Positions 1 through 12,310 of a stretch of DNA of 64,000 nt are shown here, piece by piece. The position numbers were made by a program, and so were the translations under genes. This DNA comes from Macrostomum hystrix. Its lineage: Eukaryota; Animalia; Platyhelminthes. Position 1 is the stretch's first letter. Each line of letters begins with the position of its first letter. The stretch spans positions 1,488,001 to 1,552,000 of the forward strand of contig CATNEN010000024.1 in NCBI GenBank assembly GCA_950097015.1, given 5' to 3'. The notes under the pieces were generated by a model. The model worked only from the letters and a program-made list of their open reading frames with translations. It searched no databases and was not told where the DNA came from.

Positions 1-596
1 ATCTTCAGGTCTGATAGAATCCCTCAGCCTCGGATCTTTAGGTCTGATAGAATCCCTCAGCCTCGGATCTTCAGGTCTGATAGAATCCCCTCAGACTCGG
101 ATCTCCAGGTCTGATAGAATCCCCTCAGACTCGGATCTTCAGGTCTGATAGAATCCCTCAGCCTCGGATCTTTAGGTCTGATAGAATCCCTCAGCCTCGG
201 ATCTTCAGGTCTGATGGAATTCCTCAGACTCGGATCTTCAGGTCTGATGGAATCCCCTCAGACTCGGATCTTCAGGTCTGATAGAATCCCTCAGACTCGG
301 ATCTTCAGGTCTGATAGAATCCCCTCAGCCTCGGATCTTCAGGTCTGATAGAATCCCCTCAGACTCGGATCTCCAGGTCTGATAGAATCCCCTCAGCCTC
401 GGATCTTCAGGTCTGATAGAATCCCTCAGACTCGGATCTTCAGGTCTGATAGAATCCCCTCAGCCTCGGATCTTCAGGTCTGATAGAATCCCTCAGACTC
501 GGATCTTCAGGTCTGATAGAATCCCTCAGACTCGGATCTTCAGGTCTGATAGAATCCCTCAGACTCGGATCTTCAGGTCTGATAAAATCCCTCAGG
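1..596. repeat. 33/34-bp minisatellite (CTCGGATCTTCAGGTCTGATAGAATCCC(C)TCAGA), about 18 copies, in STAT intron 4
   Basis: Direct tandem periodicity, truncated by the window start. Confidence 0.97.
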
Positions 597-622
597 GAGT
601 TGCCTTTAAGTCACTTCATTAC

Positions 623-3600
623 CTTCTTGAACTCGTCGGACTGAAACTCTGCGAACACAACTAAAGCGAATTTTTTGTGGCACACGCCCCCGCCTCCGCC
701 ACCACCGGTGCTGCTGCCGCTGCCACTGCTGCTGCCACCGCTGCCTGCCATCTCCCTTGGCAACGAGGTGAATTTCATCTTCAGAACCGGTCCGTCCCGG
801 CTCTCGTTCGGACTAGTCGCGGATCCGCAAGGACTCCAGGTGCACCTACCGCTTTGGTTCTCCAGTCCGGATTCGCTGTGCAGCTTCTCCAGCTGGTTCA
901 AATCGATGGACTCCAGTTCCTTAGCCTGATCCTCGGTGAGCACGGCAACGCGCAAATTGAGCAGTCGTTGAGTCAGGTAGCGAGGGCACAGGTGACGCAG
1001 GCGCAACTCGTACTTGGCCTTGCCTTTTTTAATTACACGATCCGACTGAGAAGTTATGACTAGGCAGCTGCGGGAATAGACATGAGCCATGGGATCTGCT
1101 GGAGATCACAGCTGCGGAGATAGACATGAGCCATGGGATCTGCTGGAGATAACAGCTGTGGGGATAGACATGAGCCATGGGATCTGCTGGAGATCACAGC
1201 TGCGGGGATAGACATGAGCCATGGGATCTGCTGGAGATCACAGCTGCGGGGATAGACATGAGCCATGGGATCTGCTGGAGATCACAGCTGTGGGGATAGA
1301 CATGAGCCATGGGATCTGCTGGAGATCACAGCTGTGGGGATAGACATGAGCCATGGGATCTGCTGGAGATCACAGCTGCGGGGATAGACATGAGTCATGG
1401 GATCTGCTGAAGATCACAGCTGCGGGGATAGACATGAGCCATGGGATCTGCTGGAGATCACAGCTGCGGGGATAGACATGAGCCATGGGATCTGATGGAG
1501 ATCACAGCTGCGGGAATAGACATGAGCCATGGGATCTGCTGGAGATCACAGCAATGGGAAAATGGCCAATGAATTGAATCTGAAGCTGAATTTAAGCTAA
1601 GCAAACGAATAAAACGTACCTAGCTAACAAAGACAAGCCGAAAGTACCCGCCTCATCAGCGCTGAGCAGTTTGCAGTTTTGGAGCCTCTCCAGACTCTCT
1701 AGCGTGTCCACGGTGTCACTGGCCAGCTGGGACAGCTCACTCTCGCACACTTCATTTACAAAGGCCAGCTTGGCGCGCACTGACAGTTTGGTTAGCAGCT
1801 TGGCATGCGTGGCCTGGATGCTTGTCGATAACTGCTGAAGCTCGAAAGCCTGATTTACGGCGTAAAATTTGCTTAAGGAGAGTATCGAAGCAAGGTGTCA
1901 GGAGAGGGAGCGAGGTGTCAAGAGAGGGAGAGAGGTGTTAGGAGTGGAAGCGAGGTGTCAAGAGAGGGAGTGAGGTGTCAAGAGAGGGAGTGAGGTGTCA
2001 GGAGAGGGAGTGAGGTGTCAGGACAGGGAGCGAGGTGTCAGGAGAGTGAGTGAGGTGTCAAGACAGGGAGCGAGGAGTCAAGAGAGGAAGCGAGGTGTCA
2101 AGAGAGGGAGCGAGGTGTCAGGAGAGGGAGTGAGGTGTCAGGAGAGGGAGCGAGGTGTCAGGAGAGGGAGTGAGGTGTCAAGAGAGGGAGAGAGGTGTTA
2201 GGAGAGGAAGCGAGGTGTCAGGAGAGGGAGTGAGATGTCAGGAGAGGGAGCGAGGTGTCAAGAGAGGGAGAGAGGTGTCAGGAGAGGGAGCGAGGTGTCA
2301 GGAGAGGGACTGAGGTGTCAGGAGAGGGAGTGAGGTGTCAGGAGAGGGAGCGAGGTGTCAGGAGAGGGAGTGAGGTGTCAGGAGAGTGAGTGAGGTGTCA
2401 AGAGAGGGATTGAGGTGTCAGGAGAGTGAGTGAGGTGTCAGGAGAGTGAGTGAGGTGTCAAGAGAGGGAGTGAGGTGTCAAGAGTGAGTGAGGTGTCAGG
2501 AGAGGGAGTGAGGTGTCAGGAGAGGAAGCGAGGTGTCAGGAGAGGAAGCGAGGTGTCAGGAGAGGAAGCGGGGTGTCAGGAGAGGTATTGAGGTGTCAGG
2601 AGTGGGAGCGAGGTGTCAGGAGAGGGAGTGAGGTGTCAGGAGAGGGGGCGAGGTGTCAAGAGAGGGAGTGAGAATTCAGGAGAAAATAAACCAGAAGAAG
2701 GTGGCGTGGGTTAAATTATTTTTTGTTGTCTCCAGAATTAAACCTTCAAGCAAAACTTTAAGCAAACCTGAGCCTTAGAGCTGAGATTGGACAACAGATT
2801 GTTTAACAAGATGTTGTCCCGCCTTGCATCCGACTGCTGCATCCGTGAACGCTTGCTAGGAGGACGGTCGTCGTCTTCGTTGCGGTCAGTAGCAACAGGC
2901 AAGAAAGTCTCGTAGATGTACTGCTCACTTAACAGACAATCGCGCACCATGAGAACAAATTCCAGAGGAGACTTCTCGTATCGGCTCAGAATACAGTCGC
3001 GATAGCGCTGTCGATTGTCTACATCCAAAACCGACTCAGCCTCACCAAGCACCTGCGACTCTAGGTTAGCTATCACCCGAGCCAGGAAAGTGCTGGCGAA
3101 CTGGCTGAACTGCTGCTGGCTCTCCACTTCTTCCAGGCCAACGCTTGCTATCTGCGGACCGGTCAGAGCACCACGATTCAATGATGATGATGACTGAGTA
3201 GTCTGTATGATGACTGAGTAGTCTGTATGATGACTGAGTAGTCTGTATGATGACTGAGTAATCTTTATGATGACTGAGTAGTCTGTATGATGACTGAGTA
3301 ATCTGTATGATGACTGAGTAATCTTTATGATGACTGAGTAATCTGTATGATGACTGAGTAATCTGTATGATGACTGAGTAGTCTGTATGATGACTGAGTA
3401 GTCTGTATGATGACTGAGTAATCTGTATGATGACTGAGTAATCTGTATGATGACTGAGTAATCTGTATGATGACTGAGTAGTCTGTATGATGACTGAGTA
3501 GTCTGTATGATGACTGAGTAGTCTTTATGATGACTGAGTAATCTGTATGATGACTGAGTAATCTGCATGATGACTGAGTAATCTTTATGATGACTGAGTA

Positions 3601-6600
3601 ATCTGTATGATGACTGAGTAATCTGTATGATGACTGAGTAGTCTGTATGATGACTGAGTAATCTGTATGATGACTGAGTAATCTGTATGATGACTGAGTA
3701 ATCTGTATGATGACTGAGTAATCTGTATGATGACTGAGTAATCTGTATGATGACTGAGTAGTCTGTATGATGACTGAGTAATCTGTATGATGACTGAGTA
3801 ATCTGTATGATGACTGAGTAGTCTGTATGATGACTGAGTAATCTGTATGATGACTGAGTAATCTGTATGATGACTGAGTAGTCTGTATGATGACTGAGTA
3901 GTCTGTATGATGACTGAGTAATCTGTATGATGACTGAGTAGTCTGTATGATGACTGAGTAATCTGTATGATGACTGAGTAATCTGTATGATGACTGAGTA
4001 GTCTGTATGATGACTGAGTAATCTGTATGATGACTGAGTAATCTGTATAATGACTGAGTAGTCTGTATGATGACTGAGTAATCTGTATGATGACTGAGTA
4101 GTCTGTATGATGACTGAGTAGTCTGTATGATGACTGAGTAGTCTGTATGATGACTGAGTAATCTGTATGATGACTGAGTAATCTGTATGATGACTGAGTA
4201 ATCTGTATGATGACTGAGTAATCTGTATGATGACTGAGTAATCTGTATGATGACTGAGTAATCTGTATGATGACTGAGTAATCTGTATGATGACTGAGTA
4301 ATCTGTATGATGACTGAGTAATCTGTATGATGACTGAGTAATCTGTATGATGACTGAGTAATCTGTATGATGACTGAGTAATCTGTATGATGACTGAGTA
4401 ATCTGTATGATGACTGAGTAATCTGTATGATGACTGAGTAGTCTGTATGATGACTGAGTAATCTGTATGATGACTGAGTAATCTGTATGATGACTGAGTA
4501 GTCTGTATGATGACTGAGTAGTCTGTATGATGACTGAGTAGTCTGTATGATGACTGAGTAATCTGTATGATGACTGAGTAATCTGTATGATGACTGAGTA
4601 ATCTGTATGATGACTGAGTAGTCTGTATGATGACTGAGTAATCTGTATGATGACTGAGTAATCTGTATGATGACTGAGTAATCTGTATGATGACTGAGTA
4701 ATCTGTATGATGACTGAGTAATCTGTATGATGACTGAGTAATCTGAATGATGACTGAGTAATCTGTATGATGACTGAGTAATCTGTATGATGACTGAGTA
4801 ATCTGTATGATGACTGAGTAATCTGTATGATGACTGAGTAATCTGTATGATGACTGAGTAATCTTTATGATGACTGAGTAATCTGTATGATGACTGAGTA
4901 ATCTGTATGATGACTGAGTAGTCTGTATGATGACTGAGTAATCTGTATGATGACTGAGTAGTCTGTATGATGACTGAGTAATCTGTATGATGACTGAGTA
5001 ATCTGTATGATGACTGAGTAATCTGTATGATGACTGAGTAGTCTGTATGATGACTGAGTAGTCTGTATGATGACTGAGTAATCTGTATGATGACTGAGTA
5101 ATCTGTATGATGACTGAGTAATCTGTATGATGACTGAGTAGTCTGTATGATGACTGAGTAGTCTGTATGATGACTGAGTAATCTGTATGATGACTGAGTA
5201 ATCTGTATGATGACTGAGTAGTCTGTATGATGACTGAGTAGTCTGTATGATGACTGAGTAGTCTGTATGATGACTGAGTAGTCTGTATGATGACTGAGTA
5301 ATCTGTATGATGACTGAGTAGTCTGTATGATGACTGAGTAATCTGTATGATGACTGAGTAATCTGTATGATGACTGAGTAGTCTGTATGATGACTGAGTA
5401 GTCTGTATGATGACTGAGTAATCTGTATGATGACTGAGTAATCTGTATGATGACTGAGTAGTCTGTATGATGACTGAGTAGTCTGTATGATGACTGAGTA
5501 GTCTGTATGATGACTGAGTAATCTGTATGATGACTGAGTAATCTGTATGATGACTGAGTAATCTGTATGATGACTGAGTAGTCTGTATGATGACTGAGTA
5601 ATCTGTATGATGACTGAGTAATCTGTATGATGACTGAGTAATCTGTATGATGACTGAGTAATCTGTATGATGACTGAGTAATCTGTATGATGACTGAGTA
5701 ATCTGTATGATGACTGAGTAATCTGTATGATGACTGAGTAGTCTGTATGATGACTGAGTAATCTGTATGATGACTGAGTAATCTGTATGATGACTGAGTA
5801 GTCTGTATGATGACTGAGTAGTCTGTATGATGACTGAGTAATCTGTATGATGACTGAGTAGTCTGTATGATGACTGAGTAATCTGTATGATGACTGAGTA
5901 AGTCTGTATGATGACTGAGTAGTCTGTATGATGACTGAGTAATCTGTATGATGACTGAGTAATCTGTATGATGACTGAGTAGTCTGTATGATGACTGAGT
6001 AGTCTGTATGATGACTGAGTAATCTGTATGATGACTGAGTAATCTGTATGATGACTGAGTAATCTGTATGATGACTGAGTAATCTGTATGATGACTGAGT
6101 AATCTGTATGATGACTGAGTAGTCTGTATGATGACTGAGTAGTCTGTATGATGACTGAGTAGTCTGTATGATGACTGAGTAATCTGTATGATGACTGAGT
6201 AATCTGTATGATGACTGAGTAGTCTGTATGATGACTGAGTAGTCTGTATGATGACTGAGTAATCTGTATGATGACTGAGTAGTCTGTATGATGACTGAGT
6301 AATCTGTATGATGACTGAGTAATCTGTATGATGACTGAGTAATCTGTATGATGACTGAGTAATCTGTATGATGACTGAGTAGTCTGTATGATGACTGAGT
6401 AATCTGTATGATGACTGAGTAGTCTGTATGATGACTGAGTAATCTGTATGATGACTGAGTAATCTGTATGATGACTGAGTAATCTGTATGATGACTGAGT
6501 AATCTGTATGATGACTGAGTAATCTGTATGATGACTGAGTAATCTGTATGATGACTGAGTAATCTGTATGATGACTGAGTAGTCTGTATGATGACTGAGT

Positions 6601-7679
6601 AATCTGTATGATGACTGAGTAATCTGTATGATGACTGAGTAATCTGTATGATGACTGAGTAATCTGTATGATGACTGAGTAATCTGTATGATGACTGAGT
6701 AATCTGTATGATGACTGAGTAGTCTGTATGATGACTGAGTAATCTGTATGATGACTGAGTAATCTTTATGATGACTGAGTAATCTGTATGATGACTGAGT
6801 AGTCTGTATGATGACTGAGTAGTCTGTATGATGACTGAGTAATCTGTATGATGACTGAGTAGTCTGTATGATGACTGAGTAATCTGTATGATGACTGAGT
6901 AATCTGTATGATGACTGAGTAATCTGTATGATGACTGAGTAGTCTGTATGATGACTGAGTAGTCTGTATGATGACTGAGTAATCTGTATGATGACTGAGT
7001 AATCTGTATGATGACTGAGTAGTCTGTATGATGACTGAGTAGTCTGTATGATGACTGAGTAATCTGTATGATGACTGAGTAGTCTGTATGATGACTGAGT
7101 AATCTGTATGATGACTGAGTAATCTGTATGATGACTGAGTAATCTGTATGATGACTGAGTAGTCTGTATGATGACTGAGTAATCTGTATGATGACTGAGT
7201 AGTCTGTATGATGACTGAGTAATCTGTATGATGACTGAGTAGTCTGTATGATGACTGAGTAATCTGTATGATGACTGAGTAATCTGTATGATGACTGAGT
7301 AATCTGTATGATGACTGAGTAGTCTGTATGATGACTGAGTAATCTGTATGATGACTGAGTAATCTGTATGATGACTGAGTAGTCTGTATGATGACTGAGT
7401 AGTCTGTATGATGACTGAGTAATCTGTATGATGACTGAGTAGTCTGTGAGTAGTGTGTATGATGACTGAGTTGTATGATGACTGACAATGCTCACAATCC
7501 AAAGTGTTCAATCTCACAGTCAGAGAATAGTCGTCGGTGTCCAACACTGGATCGATGACCTGCCTCAATTCCAGGCCCATAACGCCGCTCCACAGTCGAT
7601 CGTAGAGTGCCCTGAGTTCTCTGTGCGCACTCTGGCTAGTGTCGCATAGATACTGTAATTGTTTTGCAGTTGGCCACAT
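623..7679 (-). CDS. STAT: Divergent STAT transcription factor, 5' part (exons 7679-7518, 3151-2768, 1849-1620, 1067-623; continues beyond the left edge)
   Basis: Exon 1 LYDRLWSGVMGLELRQVIDPVLDTDDYS resembles the STAT N-domain ([23 protein letters not shown]). Exon 2 RYEKSPLEFVLMVRDCLLSEQ resembles [21 protein letters not shown]. The exon 3/4 junction LSLLAS-CLVITSQSDRVIKK resembles LVTSTFIIEKQPPQVLK. VAVLTEDQAKEL resembles ATIISEQQAKSL, and VCHKKFALVVFAEF resembles VTEEKFTVLFESQF. All junctions are GT..AG and phase-consistent (0,0,2,0). The exon 3 acceptor is the least certain. Confidence 0.85.
1066..1552. repeat. 44-bp minisatellite, about 11 copies, in STAT intron 3
   Basis: Unit GCTGCGGGGATAGACATGAGCCATGGGATCTGCTGGAGATCACA; CATGAG recurs at 1081 and 1125. 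Confidence 0.97.
1893..2672. repeat. 20-bp purine-rich minisatellite (GAGGTGTCAGGAGAGGGAGY), about 39 copies, in STAT intron 2
   Basis: Direct tandem periodicity. Confidence 0.97.
3186..7486. repeat. 20-bp satellite (ATGATGACTGAGTA[A/G]TCTGT), about 215 copies, in STAT intron 1
   Basis: Highly homogeneous 4.3-kb array with one common A/G variant site and a 1-nt insertion at 5901. Confidence 0.99.
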
Positions 7680-9315
7680 TGCTGTGTTATCTTGCCAACT
7701 TTGACTATTCGCTTAAACAGCTGGAATAGAAAGTGAAGCCATCCTCAGTACATTCACTTAAGACAATGACCGCGATCTATTCAATTCTCTTTGATTGGCT
7801 ACGGAGACTTAAGTAGGTCAGCCTCGTTCATTTATTGAATGTGTTAACAGTAGAACTACCAAGGGTGAGGGATTTCCCCCCCCTGACAACTTTTTTGCTG
7901 CACCCGAACGGAACAATGCAAGCACACGAAACTCAAGAAAACGGGCCAACTTTTTGCTGCGCATCTTCTGAAACAAGAAATAAGTCGCCAGCTCTTCAGA
8001 CCGTCGAGATATTCAATGTTTCTGGCCGAAGGTCCGATTTTTCCCATAAGAGCTAGTGTATTTCATACACCCCTATACACGAATTTGCACTGCGGCTCAG
8101 TGCGGCCTTTCCAGACCTTCAAACTTTATCAGCATGTCACCCGAATGTGCTTGAATCATCTCCGACTTCGGCGGTCACCGACCTTTATCTATATCTATCT
8201 CTCTTATCTATCTAGACCTTCAAGAGTTACAACAGGTGGAACAAGGCCACTATGGACACCCTGACGCGAATTTCTCCAATTTCACTGATCAAGCCTAACT
8301 GTAAGGCGCAGCTCAACCACAGTACACCCTCGACTAGTCTGTCAACCAATCAGTCACCCCAAAGCATTTAGGCGCTGGCAAAAACATTTTCGATTCCCCC
8401 CTCTTGGTGTAAAAACGGGCGGCAAAATGGCTTGGTAGTCCTACTGTTGAACAAGAGAGGTTTCCCTAAATACATGAGAATTAGTACTGACTGCGCCGTA
8501 AAAAAAAAATTCGGCTCACGTTTCATCAAAAGGAAAGAAGCAAATCGTCTTGGATTGGATTGGATTTTGCCTTTTTATTTCTCCAAAATACTCGCAGTTT
8601 GCGAGAATAAAAGGGTAATTCAGTTCCGCATTTCTCAAAGCAGTAACATGCTGGCCTAGCGGCCTCAAGGCTAATTTCTTTTTGGCCAAAAATGCAGCTC
8701 AGTTATCAATTTAAGCAGGAAAGATAAATATTAGCTATAGAAAAGCTTTGTAAAATAAAACAACTTACCAGTAACCAAATGTAGAAGCATGGCAGGTGGG
8801 TGCCACTTGAAAGAGGGAGGTTATAGCCCAGTAGTTGGAGCTTTTAAACAATATTCTGAGAGGTCCGGAGTTCGATTCTCAGCCCAAGAGAAAAGTTCCC
8901 CATCGCTTGAATTGATGACTGAGTGTCATCTATTCTATTATTTTAAGAGTACGATTCGAGAGGCAATCTCATATCTGGGATTTAGGCACGACAGAGGCAT
9001 CATTTAAATAGGGAAAGTCTTGAAGCAGAATCTAGAGGTAAAAAAAGATGCTCAATTCTTTTCTAATAGAAAAATTCAAGCGGCCTTGCGGTGTGTAATA
9101 ACTTATATAAGAACTAACAATCCGTGAAAATCTTGTACAAATGACGACCGTCAAAGTTTGATTGACAAATGACAACAAATGACTAATCATATGCCAGGTA
9201 GAAAAACGAGAAACAATTTAATTTTACACACTGTGCAAGGAATAAGCTATTCCCTCTAAGGTTACAGAAACTAATTTAGTAAGATAAACTGAATTTAAAC
9301 TAAGATTAACGACTA

Positions 9316-11260
9316 CTGCTGCGATAGTAGCTAATGCTCCTGCTGCGATAGTAGCTAATGCTCCTGCTGCGATAGTAGCTAATGCTCCTGCTGCAATAGT
9401 AGCTAATGCTCCTGCTGCGATAGTAGCTAATGCTCCTGCTGCGATAGTAGCTAATGCTCCTGCTGCGATTGTAGCTAATGCTCCTGCTGCGATAGTAGCT
9501 AATGCTCCTGCTGCGATAGTAGCTAATGCTCCTGCTGCGATAGTAGCTAATGCTCCTGCTGCGATAGTAGCTAATGCTCCTGCTGCGATTGTAGCTAATG
9601 CTCCTGCTGCGATAGTAGCTAATGCTCCTGCTGCGATAGTAGCTAATGCTCCTGCTGCGATAGTAGCTAATGCTCCTGCTGCAATAGTAGCTAATGCTCC
9701 TGCTGCGATAGTAGCTAATGCTCCTGCTGCGATAGTAGCGATAGTAGCTAATGCTCCTGCTGCAATTCTAGCTTTTGCTCCTGCTGCGATAGTAGCTAAT
9801 GCTCCTGCTGCGATAGTAGCTAATGCTCCTGCTGCAAGTCTAGCTAATGCTCCTGCTGCGATAGTAGCTAATGCTCCTGCTGCAATTCTAGCTTATGCTC
9901 CTGCTGCGATAGTAGCTAATGCTCCTGCTGCGATAGTAGCTAATGCTCCTGCTGCGATAGTAGCTAATGCTCCTGCTGCGATAGTAGCTAATGCTCCTGC
10001 TGCGATTGTAGCTAATGCTCCTGCTGCGATAGTAGCTAATGCTCCTGCTGCGATAGTAGCTAATGCTCCTGCTGCGATAGTAGCTAATGCTCCTGCTGCG
10101 ATAGTAGCTAATGCTCCTGCTGCAATAGTAGCTAATGCTCCTGCTGCGATAGTAGCTAATGCTCCTGCTGCAATTCTAGCTTATGCTCCTGCTGCGATAG
10201 TAGCTAATGCTCCTGCTGCGATAGTAGCTAATGCTCCTGCTGCGATAGTAGCTAATGCTCCTGCTGCGATAGTAGCTAATGCTCCTGCTGCAATAGTAGC
10301 TAATGCTCCTGCTGCGATAGTAGCTAATGCTCCTGCTGCGATAGTAGCTAATGCTCCTGCTGCGATTGTAGCTAATGCTCCTGCTGCGATAGTAGCTAAT
10401 GCTCCTGCTGCGATAGTAGCTAATGCTCCTGCTGCGATAGTAGCTAATGCTCCTGCTGCGATAGTAGCTAATGCTCCTGCTGCGATAGTAGCTAATGCTC
10501 CTGCTGCAATAGTAGCTAATGCTCCTGCTGCGATAGTAGCTAATGCTCCTGCTGCGATAGTAGCTAATGCTCCTGCTGCAATAGTAGCTTATGCTCCTGC
10601 TGCGATAGTAGCTAATGCTCCTGCTGCGATAGTAGCTAATGCTCCTGCTGCAAGTCTAGCTAATGCTCCTGCTGCGATAGTAGCTAATGCTCCTGCTGCA
10701 ATTCTAGCTTATGCTCCTGCTGCGATAGTAGCTAATGCTCCTGCTGCGATAGTAGCTAATGCTCCTGCTGCGATAGTAGCTAATGCTCCTGCTGCGATAG
10801 TAGCTAATGCTCCTGCTGCGATAGTAGCTAATGCTCCTGCTGCGATAGTAGCTAATGCTCCTGCTGCGATAGTAGCTAATGCTCCTGCTGCGATAGTAGC
10901 TAATGCTCCTGCTGCGATAGTAGCTAATGCTCCTGCTGCGATAGTAGCTAATGCTCCTGCTGCGATAGTAGCTAATGCTCCTGCTGCAATAGTAGCTAAT
11001 GCTCCTGCTGCGATAGTAGCTAATGCTCCTGCTGCGATAGTAGCTAATGCTCCTGCTGCGATAGTAGCTAATGCTCCTGCTGCGATAGTAGCTAATGCTC
11101 CTGCTGCAATTCTAGCTTATGCTCCTGCTGCGATAGTAGCTAATGCTCCTGCTGCGATAGTAGCTAATGCTCCTGCTGCGATAGTAGCTAATGCTCCTGC
11201 TGCGATAGTAGCTAATGCTCCTGCTGCGATTCTAGCTATAGCTTCTACTGCGATTCTAGA
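9316..11260. repeat. 24-bp minisatellite (GCTGCGATAGTAGCTAATGCTCCT), about 80 copies, intergenic
   Basis: Five units per 120 nt; 9-nt insertion near 9738. Confidence 0.98.
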
Positions 11261-11804
11261 TTTAGCTTCTGGCTTCTAAGCATGTTAATTCTGTGAATGC
11301 CTTTATAGATTCATTTGGCACTGGAAAATACATGTAGGCTAGGTACTAGAGTTAAAGGCGGATTCCGTGAAACACAATGACTAACAAAATGAGTTGAGCT
11401 GCAGTACAATTTATATACACGATACTAATTTTATGTGATTAACAATGAAACGAGTTCCATCACCAAAAACGGTTATAAATGACAGTTTTGTGACTCTATG
11501 GTACACAATGAGTCCAGAAAGCGTGCCTGCATCAAAGTAGCTGGAAGCGTGAATGATAGTGAACAGTTCAGAAACAGCAAATTATCCGTTTCGCACCATG
11601 ATCAGTGCAGAATTAGTATAATCAATATTAGCAAAACAAGACTCAATTTCCTGCAATAGCAAAATAGTAAGGGATATAAAAATATGTTTTTAGATAGCAT
11701 CTGTAAGTAAAAAACGTTCAAAGTCGTTTAGTCAGATTAAGCTTAAGTTCACAATTACAATGGTAAGTCGTAATTTCGAGTGGCCAATAAACTGTGGATG
11801 TGAG

Positions 11805-12055
11805 CTTGGCTAGGCTGAGAGCAAATGTACATTAGGAGGTGGGGTTGGCTAAAAGCAAATGTACATTAGGAGGTGGGGTTGGCTGAAGCAATGTACATTA
11901 GATGGTAGGGTTAGCCGGGAGCAGATGTACATTAGGAAGTGGAGATGTCTGAGAGCGAATGTACATTAGGAGGTGGGGTTGGCTGAAAGAATGTACACTA
12001 AAGTGATGAGGTTGGCCGAGAGCAGGTATCTGGTTAAAGAGGTGGGGTTAGCTAA
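11805..12055. repeat. Degenerate 34-bp tandem repeat (GCAAATGTACATTAGGAGGTGGGGTTGGCT...), about 7 copies, downstream of the USP gene
   Basis: GCAAATGTACATTAGG at 11821 and 11855, followed by further diverged copies. Confidence 0.85.
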
Positions 12056-12310
12056 ACGGGAACAGAGAGTGGGTGTGCATTTCGGGAGATAGTAATTTGA
12101 CTGAGAAGGATGTGAAGGCGGTATAAACAAATGAACAGGAGTGAATAATCATTTGTTAAAAATATTCTTAACTAAGAAAAAGTTGTTAAAAATATTGAAG
12201 CCGTTCTGAGTCACAAACATGTGGTCGGAAAGGCGACACAAAATGGTAGGGCTCAACAATAAAGACTATTGGCTAAAATAAATAAAAATACATCAGCATA
12301 ACTAAGTGGC

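Noticed and set aside
1-596. Regular 33-44-bp repeats as CRISPR arrays
   Set aside because: The repeats are contiguous with no unique spacers, there are no cas genes, and the context is eukaryotic and intronic.
2738-7679. Long minus-strand ORFs (1364, 876, 240 and 276 aa) as real repeat proteins
   Set aside because: They are translations of an intronic 20-bp satellite. Phase-consistent splice sites join STAT exon 1 to exon 2 without it.
7855-8410. Possible TIR element (ACCAAGGG.. / ..CTCTTGGT)
   Set aside because: The inverted match is short and gapped, with no TSD.
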